IMG/VR virus record: IMGVR_UViG_3300043438_001221
Length of the DNA stretch: 64,000 nucleotides
Direction: 5' to 3' (one strand)
From: a virus
Below, piece by piece: positions 47,444-57,143 of this stretch. Under the pieces are notes generated by a model, which was not told where the DNA came from, searched no databases, and worked only from the letters and a program-made list of their open reading frames with translations. Both the position numbers and the translations under genes were made by a program. Position 1 is the first letter of the stretch. Each line of letters starts with the position of its first letter.

Positions 47444-49258
47444 ATGGCGGGAATAGGAAGTTCAACAACACCATCTTCAAACAAACAATATCAAGGGAGC
47501 GATGGTAAGGGTTCCACTTTTGATAGGAACATGCAATCCTATTTGAAGAATCGTGGGAATTTCATTGAGAAAACTCCTGACGAAGCGAAGAATACAAAAT
47601 ATAAATATTTCCAAAAAATTGGGTTACGCAGACCTGAAGCGATTGCTCGCAATTCCGTAGCTCTCAATAACGACTGGAACAACACGGCATTTTCCGCCAT
47701 CTACCAAGACAAGTCCTTTACGGATTTGATGTATTCCCAAGCTTCGGAGGAAAAACCCGGACGTTTGCGGGACTATCGCATGATTGCCGCTTACTCCGAA
47801 GTTGCGGATGCTCTGGATGAGATTTGTGATGAGACAATCAATGTTGATGAGAACGGAGAGATTGTAACTCTGGAAATCCGCAACACCGATCTGGAATCGG
47901 AAAAGAAGGAAGAGATTGAGAAGGAATTCTCCCGTTTCGTCGCTATGATGGAACTGGAAGACAATGGTTGGAATTATTTTCGCCAACTCATGATCGAGGG
48001 GGAACTGTTTTTCGAATTGATTTTAAAAGAGGATTATATTAAACAAGGGGTTGTCGCCATCAAGAACCTTCCTGCTGAACAATTTGATCCTGTATATGAC
48101 AATATACAAACGATGCAGATCAAAGCGTTCATTTACAAAAAGCCGATTTTCTCCACTGTTGATAATAAAAAGGTGGAACGCTACGAATACATTCCCTTTG
48201 AGCAAAACCAAGTCCTCTATGTGAATAGTGGGCAATACAACGAAACCAAGGATTTCATCATCCCTTTCATTGAGAATTGCCGCAGAGCTTACAGACAGCT
48301 TTCCATGATTGAGGATTCTGTGGTGATCCACAGAATGGTTCACGCTCCCCTACGCTTCCTCTTCAATGTGGATGTGGGTAGATTACCTGTTCCTCAAGCT
48401 GAAGCCTATCTACGCAAGCTACAGAGCCAATACTGGTCAACCAAAACCTTTGACATCGACCAAGGGGATATTGTCAAGAAATACGCACCCCAATCAACTC
48501 TTGATTCGTTCTGGTTCGCCAAGAGACAGGGAATGGAAGCAACGACTGTCGAAACATTCGGGGGTCAAATGTCTGATGGTAACATGGATGTTCTAGATTG
48601 GTTCATCAAGAAACTCTATCGCTCCCTCAAAACACCAACTTCCCGTTTGAATGATGAGACGGGTTATAACGATGGAACGGAGATGCTTCGGGAAGAACTG
48701 AAGTTCGCCAAGATGATCATCCGTCAGCAACAACGTTTTGCCCAAGGTATCAAGAGAGCGTTTATCACACATCTCAAGTTCAAGGACATGTTTGATGAAT
48801 GGGATTTGTTCGATGACAATATCCGTGTGGAATTCAATGTTCCCACGAATTTCTATGACATGCGGGAGAGTCAGAAGCTCAACCTCAAGATCGAGACTTT
48901 CAATAATATTACGGGCAATGAAATGGTTTCCACGATCTATGCCATGAAGAAATATCTGGATTGGAAGGATTCCGATATCCTTGCCAACCTACACTTCAAG
49001 AAGGTGGAAGCGGAACATATGTTTGAAATTGAGCAAATTCGGTCATCAGGCCCCGAGTGGCGCAATCTTTTAGCTCAACAAGCTGAAGGTGGAGAAGGTG
49101 GTGATATGGGTGGTCTTGGTGGCGGTTCCAGTGGAAGCGGCGGCGTGCCAGATTTCGGAGGAGGCCCAGCCGCTATTGGAGGTGATGACATTGGGGTGGA
49201 ACCCGATCAAGCAGAAACCCCGGAAGCTCCGTCCAATGAACCAGAGATGGGTGTCTAA
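47444..49258 (+). CDS. 20: portal vertex protein gp20
   Basis: YRMIA.YSEV..ALDEI, QLSMIEDSVVIHRMVHAP.RFLFNVDVG.LP..AE.YL, LYRSLK.P.SRL, REELKF.K. Confidence 0.95.
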   Translation: MAGIGSSTTPSSNKQYQGSDGKGSTFDRNMQSYLKNRGNFIEKTPDEAKNTKYKYFQKIGLRRPEAIARNSVALNNDWNNTAFSAIYQDKSFTDLMYSQASEEKPGRLRDYRMIAAYSEVADALDEICDETINVDENGEIVTLEIRNTDLESEKKEEIEKEFSRFVAMMELEDNGWNYFRQLMIEGELFFELILKEDYIKQGVVAIKNLPAEQFDPVYDNIQTMQIKAFIYKKPIFSTVDNKKVERYEYIPFEQNQVLYVNSGQYNETKDFIIPFIENCRRAYRQLSMIEDSVVIHRMVHAPLRFLFNVDVGRLPVPQAEAYLRKLQSQYWSTKTFDIDQGDIVKKYAPQSTLDSFWFAKRQGMEATTVETFGGQMSDGNMDVLDWFIKKLYRSLKTPTSRLNDETGYNDGTEMLREELKFAKMIIRQQQRFAQGIKRAFITHLKFKDMFDEWDLFDDNIRVEFNVPTNFYDMRESQKLNLKIETFNNITGNEMVSTIYAMKKYLDWKDSDILANLHFKKVEAEHMFEIEQIRSSGPEWRNLLAQQAEGGEGGDMGGLGGGSSGSGGVPDFGGGPAAIGGDDIGVEPDQAETPEAPSNEPEMGV

Positions 49259-50297
49259 ATTTTAGATTAGCTCTCTTGCTATCATTAATAGATTCCGGTA
49301 TTGTTTGGAGATTTCCATGGTGATGATAACCACCTTTGGTTAGAGGTAAGATATGATCAACATTATATTTGATACCTAAACAATTTTCCAATCTTATTCG
49401 CATATCAACATATGTTTTTTCAATGTTCTGATCATGGTCTGGATGAGTTGCATTTTTCTTCAACGCTCTCCTTTTACTACTATGTAAATTAACTTTATTT
49501 CTATTATTGATACAATAATTTTTCTGTCTTTGCTTTCTTTTTTCCGGGTATTGTAGTGAATAATTTTTGTAATTTTCAGAAGAACATTTATCACAATATG
49601 ATGACCTGTTTTTATATTTTTTATTTAAAATGTAAAAATTTTCAATTGGTAAGACGCTACAACACGAATAACATTTCTTAGTATCATTCATTTCCATTTT
49701 AACCTCTTCAATGTCTAATGCTCGTGTATGTAGAAAGGTTGGAACGTCTCTCCACGATTTTAATATTGGTTGATCAGTTTTACACAATTTATTTGCAATA
49801 GCTTCTAATGATTTGGGAATAACCTGAATATTTTGATGGTGATGATATCCACCTTTGGTCATAGGTATTATTTTATGTAATAGAAATTTAATACCTAAAC
49901 ATTTTTGAAGTCTTAATCTCATTTCTATCAAAACCGCTTCAATTTTTGGATCGTGATCTTTGTGATATGAATTAACTTTACTGGCCGATCTTTTATTACT
50001 ACTCAATTGTCTAATCACTGGATTGTTTAATTTATAATTTTTAGATCGTAACAATTCTTTTTCTAAATTCTTTTCCCTATATTTTTTACCTCTTTCATTG
50101 CAGATATCACGATTATTTTCTCTATATTTTTTCATATAAGCATCGTGACGATCTTTATTTTTTAATCTCCATTCCTTGTTTAATATTCTAGAACATGATA
50201 TGCAATTTGTTTGCAACCCATCTGTAATTTTTTTACACCTGTTGAATGATTCTTTTGGTAATTCCAACTCACATCTTTTGCACTTCTTTGTTTTCAC
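49173..50297 (-). mobile_element. HNH homing endonuclease with internal tandem duplication
   Basis: Two units of CxxC...CxxC, helix, HNH; unit 2 VDHILPLTKGGYHHHGNLQ...NDSK; GTG start after TAAATA-N5; AT-rich. Confidence 0.82.
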
Positions 50298-50371
50298 ATT
50301 AGTATTTAACTAAAACGGATCGAATTGGAAAGAAAAAATTGTAATAAATCACTATCAAATTAAATAATATC

Positions 50372-50791
50372 ATGACTTCCCACGACTTTAAAAATATCAC
50401 AATGCTTTATGAAAGCATGGGTAATAATACCATGTCCCTAAACGATATTTACGGTGATATTGAATATGATATACCCGAAAGTGAGGCACTTTACAATGCT
50501 GTTGATCCTGAAATGGGAGACATTCAAATTCCGATCAAAACATTATCGCCAGATCAATTGTTGAAATTGACAACATACAAAGATGATACCACGGTATTCC
50601 AAGCATATAAAGATTTTGCCGGTAGAGATCAAAAGCAAATTGTGAACCATTACAAGAAAAATCGTAATGAATTACATGAGAACCCAATTGTAATTGATAA
50701 TAATACTGCTTTGGATGGTTATCATCGAATTGTTGCTGCAATTTTGACCAAGCAATCCTTGAAGGTTTTAGATATTTCTGATATAGAATAA
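50372..50791 (+). CDS. ParB/Srx-like small protein, copy 2
   Basis: About 9 aa differences from copy 1 beyond the leader; TAAATA-N5-ATG. Confidence 0.75.
   Translation: MTSHDFKNITMLYESMGNNTMSLNDIYGDIEYDIPESEALYNAVDPEMGDIQIPIKTLSPDQLLKLTTYKDDTTVFQAYKDFAGRDQKQIVNHYKKNRNELHENPIVIDNNTALDGYHRIVAAILTKQSLKVLDISDIE
50406..50784 (+). repeat. about 380-bp direct repeat, copy 2
   Basis: Matches 47027..47405. Confidence 0.9.
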
Positions 50792-51466
50792 TTAACTCAA
50801 AGGAATACCATAAGTCTTGGCATATTCCTTTGATTTCTGATCAAAGGGGTAAATCGTCCCATGCCACAAATAATCGTTACCATTATCGATTGGTCCCAGA
50901 GGACGAACCCGAACAATCCATTCTCCCATAAATTCTTCTTTGGCATTTTTAAATTTTAATTTACCAGAGAATTGAGAAAAAACATCAATTGAATCCTCCC
51001 ATCTACGAACATAATCATCAAGTTGATGTTCGTCTTCCACGAAATTTTTCCAATTCAGACGAAGTAACTCTTCGGATGATGTCCCACACAGATTACAATA
51101 AGCCTCATTTACCATGATATTCAAACCCTTTGAAGTGGTTCGAAATGATGGTTTGGGATTGAGCCAGAACATTGCTTCTATTTCCGCTTTGATTATTTTC
51201 ACGGAATCTTTCATGGAACCCCCACCATTTGGGGAGATTTCATACTCAACATTTTTCAATCGGATGTCGATATCCGACACAGTTCCTTGAATATTTTTTA
51301 AAGATTCTGGTATGGAATTCCGAGATTTAATATATTCCTTGTGTGCCTTGTATTTTTTAATTATAAAAGTTGTGACCTGTTTCCAAGTCAAGCCAAGCAT
51401 ACCCAACGCACCAATGATAATGGTGACGAAATTGGCATGTTTTTGTAATAAATCGTAAAAATCCAT
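50792..51466 (-). CDS. single-pass membrane protein with coiled coil and PAS-like domain (holin candidate)
   Basis: TM FVTIIIGALGMLGLTW, PNGGGSMKD, PAS signature VNEAYCNLCGTSSEELL..NWKNFV; late promoter. Confidence 0.65.
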   Translation of the reverse strand: MDFYDLLQKHANFVTIIIGALGMLGLTWKQVTTFIIKKYKAHKEYIKSRNSIPESLKNIQGTVSDIDIRLKNVEYEISPNGGGSMKDSVKIIKAEIEAMFWLNPKPSFRTTSKGLNIMVNEAYCNLCGTSSEELLRLNWKNFVEDEHQLDDYVRRWEDSIDVFSQFSGKLKFKNAKEEFMGEWIVRVRPLGPIDNGNDYLWHGTIYPFDQKSKEYAKTYGIPLS

Positions 51467-51483
51467 AACATTATTTAGGATAA

Positions 51484-51780
51484 TTAATCACAAAAGCTCA
51501 CACAGTTGAACGCCGAATTATAATAATATTTTGTCCCATTGTTTTCTTCGGCATCCCAACCAATAACAGTGGGAACTTCACATTCATAGAAGTAGAATTG
51601 GCTACCATTATTAGACGATGGGTGGATATATGTCGTGTCTTGACCCCAAAGAATGAAATCGTTGGCTGATAGGTGATAATACTTAGAACCGTTGTTTGTA
51701 TTAACATTCCAACCCGAAACGGTGGGGACACCGCAGGATAATTCGTAATAAACGGAACCATTGTTTGATTCAAAGGACAT
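51484..51780 (-). CDS. small late protein with four NNG(S/T)x(Y/F)Y repeats
   Basis: TAAGTA-N5-ATG; NNGSVYY, NNGSKYY, NNGSQFY, NNGTKYY. Confidence 0.6.
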   Translation of the reverse strand: MSFESNNGSVYYELSCGVPTVSGWNVNTNNGSKYYHLSANDFILWGQDTTYIHPSSNNGSQFYFYECEVPTVIGWDAEENNGTKYYYNSAFNCVSFCD

Positions 51781-51808
51781 GATAATACTTAACACATTAA
51801 ATAAGAAT

Positions 51809-52951
51809 ATGAGTCTTTGCCAAGTTGAACCGATTTCCGCTTTCATGTCCACCAACCTCAATTCCAAGATTGAGTGTTACCAACGTTTGGGGGAGCGAAT
51901 TTTAAGAACTTTGGGGCATCCGATGATTAATGTGGAATTGCATTACGATCAGTTATATGAAGCCATATCAATGGCGGTTGATTTTTTCACCGTATATAGT
52001 GGTTATACCAAAGAATATCTCCTTTTTGACAGCCGATTATACGAGGGTAATAAAGGATTGCGCTTAGATCACCTTTTCACCGTAGCAAATTCGGGATATA
52101 CACCATCGGAAAAGCTTAATGATAAAAGGACTGGTCCACAACCGGATTACGAAGTAACACTCCCCACCCCCTTATATGTTTCCCTTTCAACGATTCCAAG
52201 CTCATATTTCACATCATCGTCAGCGTTGAGTGGCGTGGTTCCTTCTGATGGTATCACATCCATGCAAATCATCGATCAAACCACATATGATCTGTTGGTG
52301 GGATTCAATGCTGGTTTGGGCGTTCTCTTCCAACAATCTTACCGAAAGCCGTTCACGATACAGTGTGAACAACAGGATGATGTGAACACATTCAATAATA
52401 TGTTTGATTACGATGTTATGGATTACCGAAAGGTGGTTGATGTGATTGCCTTTGAGGAGGGTTCTTCCACAGGTGTCAACACATTGTTCTCCGTCGAGCA
52501 AACCATGGCTCAACAAAGTTACCATGCTTATTCTCTGGGTAACTATGGATTTGATATCCTTTCTTGGCACACGGTCAAGGATTGGATCGATACCCGTGAA
52601 AAGGTATTTGCCACTCGCAGGGATATTTATTTTGATGCAAGAACGCAATATCTCCGTTTAATTCCCCAACCGAAGAACACACAATTCTATGGATTACTCA
52701 CATGTTATGTGGAAAGACCATTGAGGGATTTGGTGAAGGAGAAATGGATTCTGGAATACGCAACCGCCATGTCCAAGATTATGTGGGGTCGGATACTTAC
52801 TAAGATAAACGGAATTAATTTACCGGGGGGTGGAACCATCAACGGCGATTCGGTCTTGTCGGAAGGTTTGGAAGAGAAGAAAGAACTTGAAAATTTCCTG
52901 ATTGAAGGTGGTTTCGGAAATATGGACCCTCCCTTGATGTTGGTCATGTAA
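51809..52951 (+). CDS. 13: neck protein gp13-like
   Basis: ILRTLGHPMINVEL..DQLYEAI..AVDFF; W..EYATAMSK..WG..L.KINGINLPGGGTING. Confidence 0.9.
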   Translation: MSLCQVEPISAFMSTNLNSKIECYQRLGERILRTLGHPMINVELHYDQLYEAISMAVDFFTVYSGYTKEYLLFDSRLYEGNKGLRLDHLFTVANSGYTPSEKLNDKRTGPQPDYEVTLPTPLYVSLSTIPSSYFTSSSALSGVVPSDGITSMQIIDQTTYDLLVGFNAGLGVLFQQSYRKPFTIQCEQQDDVNTFNNMFDYDVMDYRKVVDVIAFEEGSSTGVNTLFSVEQTMAQQSYHAYSLGNYGFDILSWHTVKDWIDTREKVFATRRDIYFDARTQYLRLIPQPKNTQFYGLLTCYVERPLRDLVKEKWILEYATAMSKIMWGRILTKINGINLPGGGTINGDSVLSEGLEEKKELENFLIEGGFGNMDPPLMLVM

Positions 52952-52973
52952 GATGCTTCATTAAGTATTATAA

Positions 52974-53699
52974 ATGTTCATCAGAGGCAGCGGACAAGGT
53001 AATGAAGCGAGAAGGAACGACGAATCGTTCTACCGTGGAATCGTGGTCAAGAACAACGATCCCCTCAAGATGAATCGGGTTAAGATATTCATCCCCGAAT
53101 TATCAAACCAACCCTTTGACGAATGGTTTGAGAAATATGAGGAAATGAATATCCAAAGACCCGGACTCAATAATCCCGAGGATACTTGGGTTGATATAAA
53201 GATTTATGAGGAGATTGCGAAACATATTCCATGGGCAGAACCATGTTACCCTCTGATGGGGGAATCCGGCAATGGGCGATACTTCAAACAGGATGGGGAT
53301 GGTTTGGCTGTTATAACGGACAGTAATTATTCTGAGACATATGAAGATAATAATACAGAAGTCCCAACTCTGAGTGGAGGATCGTTCTCCCCCTCATTTT
53401 TATATGAAAACAAATCCACCATGGTATCCGATGCGTTTGCAACCCCTCTGGATGTTTTTTCCGTCAAATGCAATCCATATGCGTTTGGATATAAATCAAA
53501 TAATTTTACCAACAAATCCAAAGGAATGTTCGGCATACCGGAAGTGGGTTCCAAGGTTTGGGTGTTCCATTATCTGGGAGATTTGAATTTTCCCATTTAC
53601 TTTGGAGTGTCACAGGATTTCCGAAGCCTGACACTGATAAATAGAACCGATAATGATAACAAGGTTTCCCCTTATTATCCAAATGATTTTGAAAACTGA
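52974..53699 (+). CDS. baseplate hub gp5/VgrG-type N-terminal OB-fold protein
   Basis: YRGIVVKNNDP....RVKIFIP, WAEPCYP, GMFGIPEVGSKVWVF...GD..FPIYFG. Confidence 0.8.
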   Translation: MFIRGSGQGNEARRNDESFYRGIVVKNNDPLKMNRVKIFIPELSNQPFDEWFEKYEEMNIQRPGLNNPEDTWVDIKIYEEIAKHIPWAEPCYPLMGESGNGRYFKQDGDGLAVITDSNYSETYEDNNTEVPTLSGGSFSPSFLYENKSTMVSDAFATPLDVFSVKCNPYAFGYKSNNFTNKSKGMFGIPEVGSKVWVFHYLGDLNFPIYFGVSQDFRSLTLINRTDNDNKVSPYYPNDFEN

Positions 53700-55288
53700 T
53701 GAGTAAGATTTATAGAAATAGAACGGTTTTTAATCAAAGGGGTGGCTCTTTGGTGATCACAAACACAACCGATCAGGAGAGTGTTCAGCTTTCCCAAAGA
53801 TCGGGTAGTAATATATTATTAAACAATCTGGTTAATTCAGAGCTTGCCACCAACAATAAGCAAACCCATGTTATCAATGATAATTTTGAGACTGTTCTCA
53901 ACGACGATAATAAATTCGTAAAAGGTGTCCAAACCAATCGTGTGGGAAATACCCGATATGATTTCAAAGGATTCCTGAAGGATGATGAGATTGAAGCGTT
54001 CCAGCAATGGAAAGACACTTTTAATTCGGTTGCGTTAGTAAATTCCAAATTCAAGATCAAGCGGGGAGGAGTATCTGGGCCAAATGGTGTCAATACTGAT
54101 TTGAAGGGAGAACGCGCCGACAATCCAGTAATCGGTTCCAAGGTCTATGTGGTGGAGAACAAGTTCAATGGATATGTTAAATTACCCAAAAGATTATCAT
54201 CCATTGATGAAGTAACCGATTACTCACCCGTTCCCGATCACGGTAAGACCAAACCCGCGAGCAATAAAGATATAAAGGAAGAGGATATTTCCAAGAGTGC
54301 GGGTCAACAAGGATCAAAAGCTCCCGGTGTTTTGGAATTTGGTGTGAAGAAATCGGCAGCTACTGAAAACGGGGAATGGGAGTCGGAAGAGGAAGCACAG
54401 AATATTGCTGATGCTGTATTGGAAATTCAGGAACAACTCACCCCCATTGAGGAGAAGATGGGAGATGGGGGAGATGAACATATCATCGTCAAGAGAAACA
54501 AGATTGAAACGGTGGGGGCTGTTTTTAACGATTATCCATCGGTTCGTATTGATGAGAAAGGGAGAAGCCAACCTTTTGAGATGCTTGTGGGGGATACTGG
54601 TGTGTATAAGAACCATGATTATATCCCCCATGTGGAGGAGATAGATAATTCTTCCAATTTCCCATGTGGGCAGGACACCAAGATCGTGGGTAATTCTTAC
54701 AATCGGATCGTGGGTTCGGGCGGCATTTCCCTGAAGACCACCGGAGCCACGGAATTGGGGGGAGCAACCCTAAAAGCCGGATTCAAAAAAATAAATATCA
54801 ATGCTTCCCATGGCGTTCACATTGGATCAGAAAATGCAATTGAGTTGCAATCCATGAAAACCATCGTTCTCCGCACGAACAGACAGGTTTACGTGGAATC
54901 ATCCCTTGGTGTTAAAAATAATTTAATTGTAGGAGGGGGTCTTGCCGTGGAGGGTCAGACCTACCTACAAGGTGTTACAGCCCCTCTGGAGGTGCAACAG
55001 ACGGAAAATACACTGGTGTCCGGTAGGTTCGCCACAACAACGAATCGCAGCCTGTTTATCGGGGAGTGTGAGATAGCGGGAGCCTTTTATCCAGTGTATG
55101 CCAGAGCCGCTGATGATCTGATTGTAACATATCCCCATAGCCACCACTTCAACAACTTACCGCTGAAGCTCATGGAAGCCAATGAGGATGTTCGCAAGGA
55201 TGCCCATAAGAATGGTATCAATGTCCACAACTCGGTTGCCCAAGCGTATCCTCAGATGCATGAGAAGAAGGAACCGCAGAAGGGTTGA
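53699..55288 (+). CDS. baseplate central spike (gp5 C-terminal beta-helix-like)
   Basis: 1-nt overlap with the OB gene; beta-repeat character and HSHH near the C-terminus (HxH metal tip). Confidence 0.6.
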   Translation: MSKIYRNRTVFNQRGGSLVITNTTDQESVQLSQRSGSNILLNNLVNSELATNNKQTHVINDNFETVLNDDNKFVKGVQTNRVGNTRYDFKGFLKDDEIEAFQQWKDTFNSVALVNSKFKIKRGGVSGPNGVNTDLKGERADNPVIGSKVYVVENKFNGYVKLPKRLSSIDEVTDYSPVPDHGKTKPASNKDIKEEDISKSAGQQGSKAPGVLEFGVKKSAATENGEWESEEEAQNIADAVLEIQEQLTPIEEKMGDGGDEHIIVKRNKIETVGAVFNDYPSVRIDEKGRSQPFEMLVGDTGVYKNHDYIPHVEEIDNSSNFPCGQDTKIVGNSYNRIVGSGGISLKTTGATELGGATLKAGFKKININASHGVHIGSENAIELQSMKTIVLRTNRQVYVESSLGVKNNLIVGGGLAVEGQTYLQGVTAPLEVQQTENTLVSGRFATTTNRSLFIGECEIAGAFYPVYARAADDLIVTYPHSHHFNNLPLKLMEANEDVRKDAHKNGINVHNSVAQAYPQMHEKKEPQKG

Positions 55289-55481
55289 TCCAGAAAAATA
55301 AAGACTTTTCCCAAAATTCTTGAATTGTTTGAAATCTCCCTAATTGGATATCCCACACTTTCCGAAAATATTCTTCATCTGTATATTTTTGATTATGTGA
55401 TGTTGGTATAATCATACACAATTCGCTACCTTCGTAAAACCATCCCATGTGGTTGTTTTTTCCACTTCTATATAATTTCAT
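55218..55481 (-). CDS. hypothetical protein
   Basis: Starts 5 nt after the nrdA stop; overlaps the convergent spike gene by about 70 nt. Confidence 0.4.
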   Translation of the reverse strand: MKLYRSGKNNHMGWFYEGSELCMIIPTSHNQKYTDEEYFRKVWDIQLGRFQTIQEFWEKSLFFWINPSAVPSSHASEDTLGQPSCGH

Positions 55482-55486
55482 CGTGA

Positions 55487-57139
55487 TTATCCCTCACAGG
55501 ATTTACAATTCATAATTGATCTTGCCAAATCTTGGGAAGGATTGGAACTTCTCTGATAGTAGAGAGATTTGATCCCTTGCTCCCAAGCGAAAATCATAAG
55601 CTGATTAATTTCCTTTGGTTTGGTTCCCGCTGGAATCATGACATTTAAGGATTGTCCCTGATCAATATAATTGCCCCGCTGTGCTGCTTGGACTATGATT
55701 TCTTTCTGAGAAATCTCAGCAAATGTCTTGAATATATCTCTCTCTTCTTGAGTTAAGAAATCCAGATGTTGAACACTTCCACCGTGAGATAAAATATCTT
55801 TCCAAACATCTTTTGTATTTTTATCTTTGGATTTCAACAATTCGATGAGATGGGGATTCTTGTATGTGAACTTGCCTTTAGCCAAATTCTTCACGAAGTA
55901 ATTGGAATTGAGAGGTTCAATGGATGGGGAAACTTGTCCAAGAATAAATGCTGAACTTGTTGTCGGAGCAACTGCTAATGTGGTGGTATTCCGACGACCA
56001 TAACCTTTTAGGACTTCCGGCTCTCCAAACATTTGAGCCAATTCTTCGGTTGCCTTGTCAGCACGTTTACGAATCTCTGAGAAAATTTCAAGATTCTCAA
56101 AATGAGCATCCATGCTTTCCCAAGCGATCATTTTGGATTGAAGATAACTATGGTATCCAAGAACACCCATTCCCAATGCTCTATGATTTTTTGCGAAATT
56201 ATATGCAGCTTTCATCAGATTGCTATCAGCATTTTTTTCAATGAATTCGCTCATCACCGCATCAAGAAACATCACCATAGTCTCAACAGCATCCGTATCT
56301 TTAATTTCTTCCCACCAAAGCAAATTTAGGGATGAGAGACAACAAACAAAAGATTCATCGGCGGATGATGGGAGAAAGATTTCAGAACAAAGATTACTTG
56401 ATTTGATATCATAGCCCTTATCCTTGTAAACTTGTGGTTTATTATTATTCGCGTTATCTGTGAAAAACACATATGGATAACCCGTTTCCGTGCGCTTCTT
56501 GATAATTGCTCCCCACCTACGTCTTTTTTCCTTATCTCCCTCAAGCATGGATTTCATCCATTCATCGGATACACAGACACCAATCGACATATCTTGAATT
56601 GGGTGTCCTTCCGAACGAATTTTCATAAATTCATCGAAGTCATCATGATCAATGGGAAGATATGCGGCAAAGCTTCCCCTACGTGCGCTACCCTGACTCA
56701 CAATGCTTGTAACAGTATCAAACAATTCCATACAGCGAACGGCACCTTCCGCAACACCCCCCGTTGAAATCTTGGAACCACGGGGACGAATATCACCAAA
56801 GTATCCAGAGGTTCCCCCTCCCACTTTTGTCATCATACCAACTTCAGCCTGTTTGATCAGGAAATTTTCAATACTATCCCCAACATAACTATTGAAACAG
56901 GAGATGGGATTACCACGCTTGTTTCCGAAATTCATCCAAACAGGAGTGGCAAGGCTGTAATAACCTTTTGCCATATAACCTTGGAATTTCTTAGCGAATC
57001 CTTTGATACCAAGTATCTTTTCCGCTGTTTTTGAAATTTCCTCAATCCTTTCAAGAGCGGTTTGCCCTTCTTTTAAATATCCTCTCTCCAAAAATTTGAT
57101 GGAGTCCTCGTTCAACCAGTAATAATCTTCTCTTGTCAT
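55487..57139 (-). CDS. nrdA: ribonucleotide reductase class I alpha subunit (no ATP cone)
   Basis: ATPV..N, PISCF, GGGTS, SNLCSEI, APTTSS, DQGQS, SLYY, C-terminal CKSCEG. Confidence 0.95.
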   Translation of the reverse strand: MTREDYYWLNEDSIKFLERGYLKEGQTALERIEEISKTAEKILGIKGFAKKFQGYMAKGYYSLATPVWMNFGNKRGNPISCFNSYVGDSIENFLIKQAEVGMMTKVGGGTSGYFGDIRPRGSKISTGGVAEGAVRCMELFDTVTSIVSQGSARRGSFAAYLPIDHDDFDEFMKIRSEGHPIQDMSIGVCVSDEWMKSMLEGDKEKRRRWGAIIKKRTETGYPYVFFTDNANNNKPQVYKDKGYDIKSSNLCSEIFLPSSADESFVCCLSSLNLLWWEEIKDTDAVETMVMFLDAVMSEFIEKNADSNLMKAAYNFAKNHRALGMGVLGYHSYLQSKMIAWESMDAHFENLEIFSEIRKRADKATEELAQMFGEPEVLKGYGRRNTTTLAVAPTTSSAFILGQVSPSIEPLNSNYFVKNLAKGKFTYKNPHLIELLKSKDKNTKDVWKDILSHGGSVQHLDFLTQEERDIFKTFAEISQKEIIVQAAQRGNYIDQGQSLNVMIPAGTKPKEINQLMIFAWEQGIKSLYYQRSSNPSQDLARSIMNCKSCEG

Positions 57140-57143
57140 ATAA

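Noticed and set aside
49081-49200. Gly-rich GGN repeats at the portal C-terminus
   Set aside because: Ordinary low-complexity coding tail of T4-like portals
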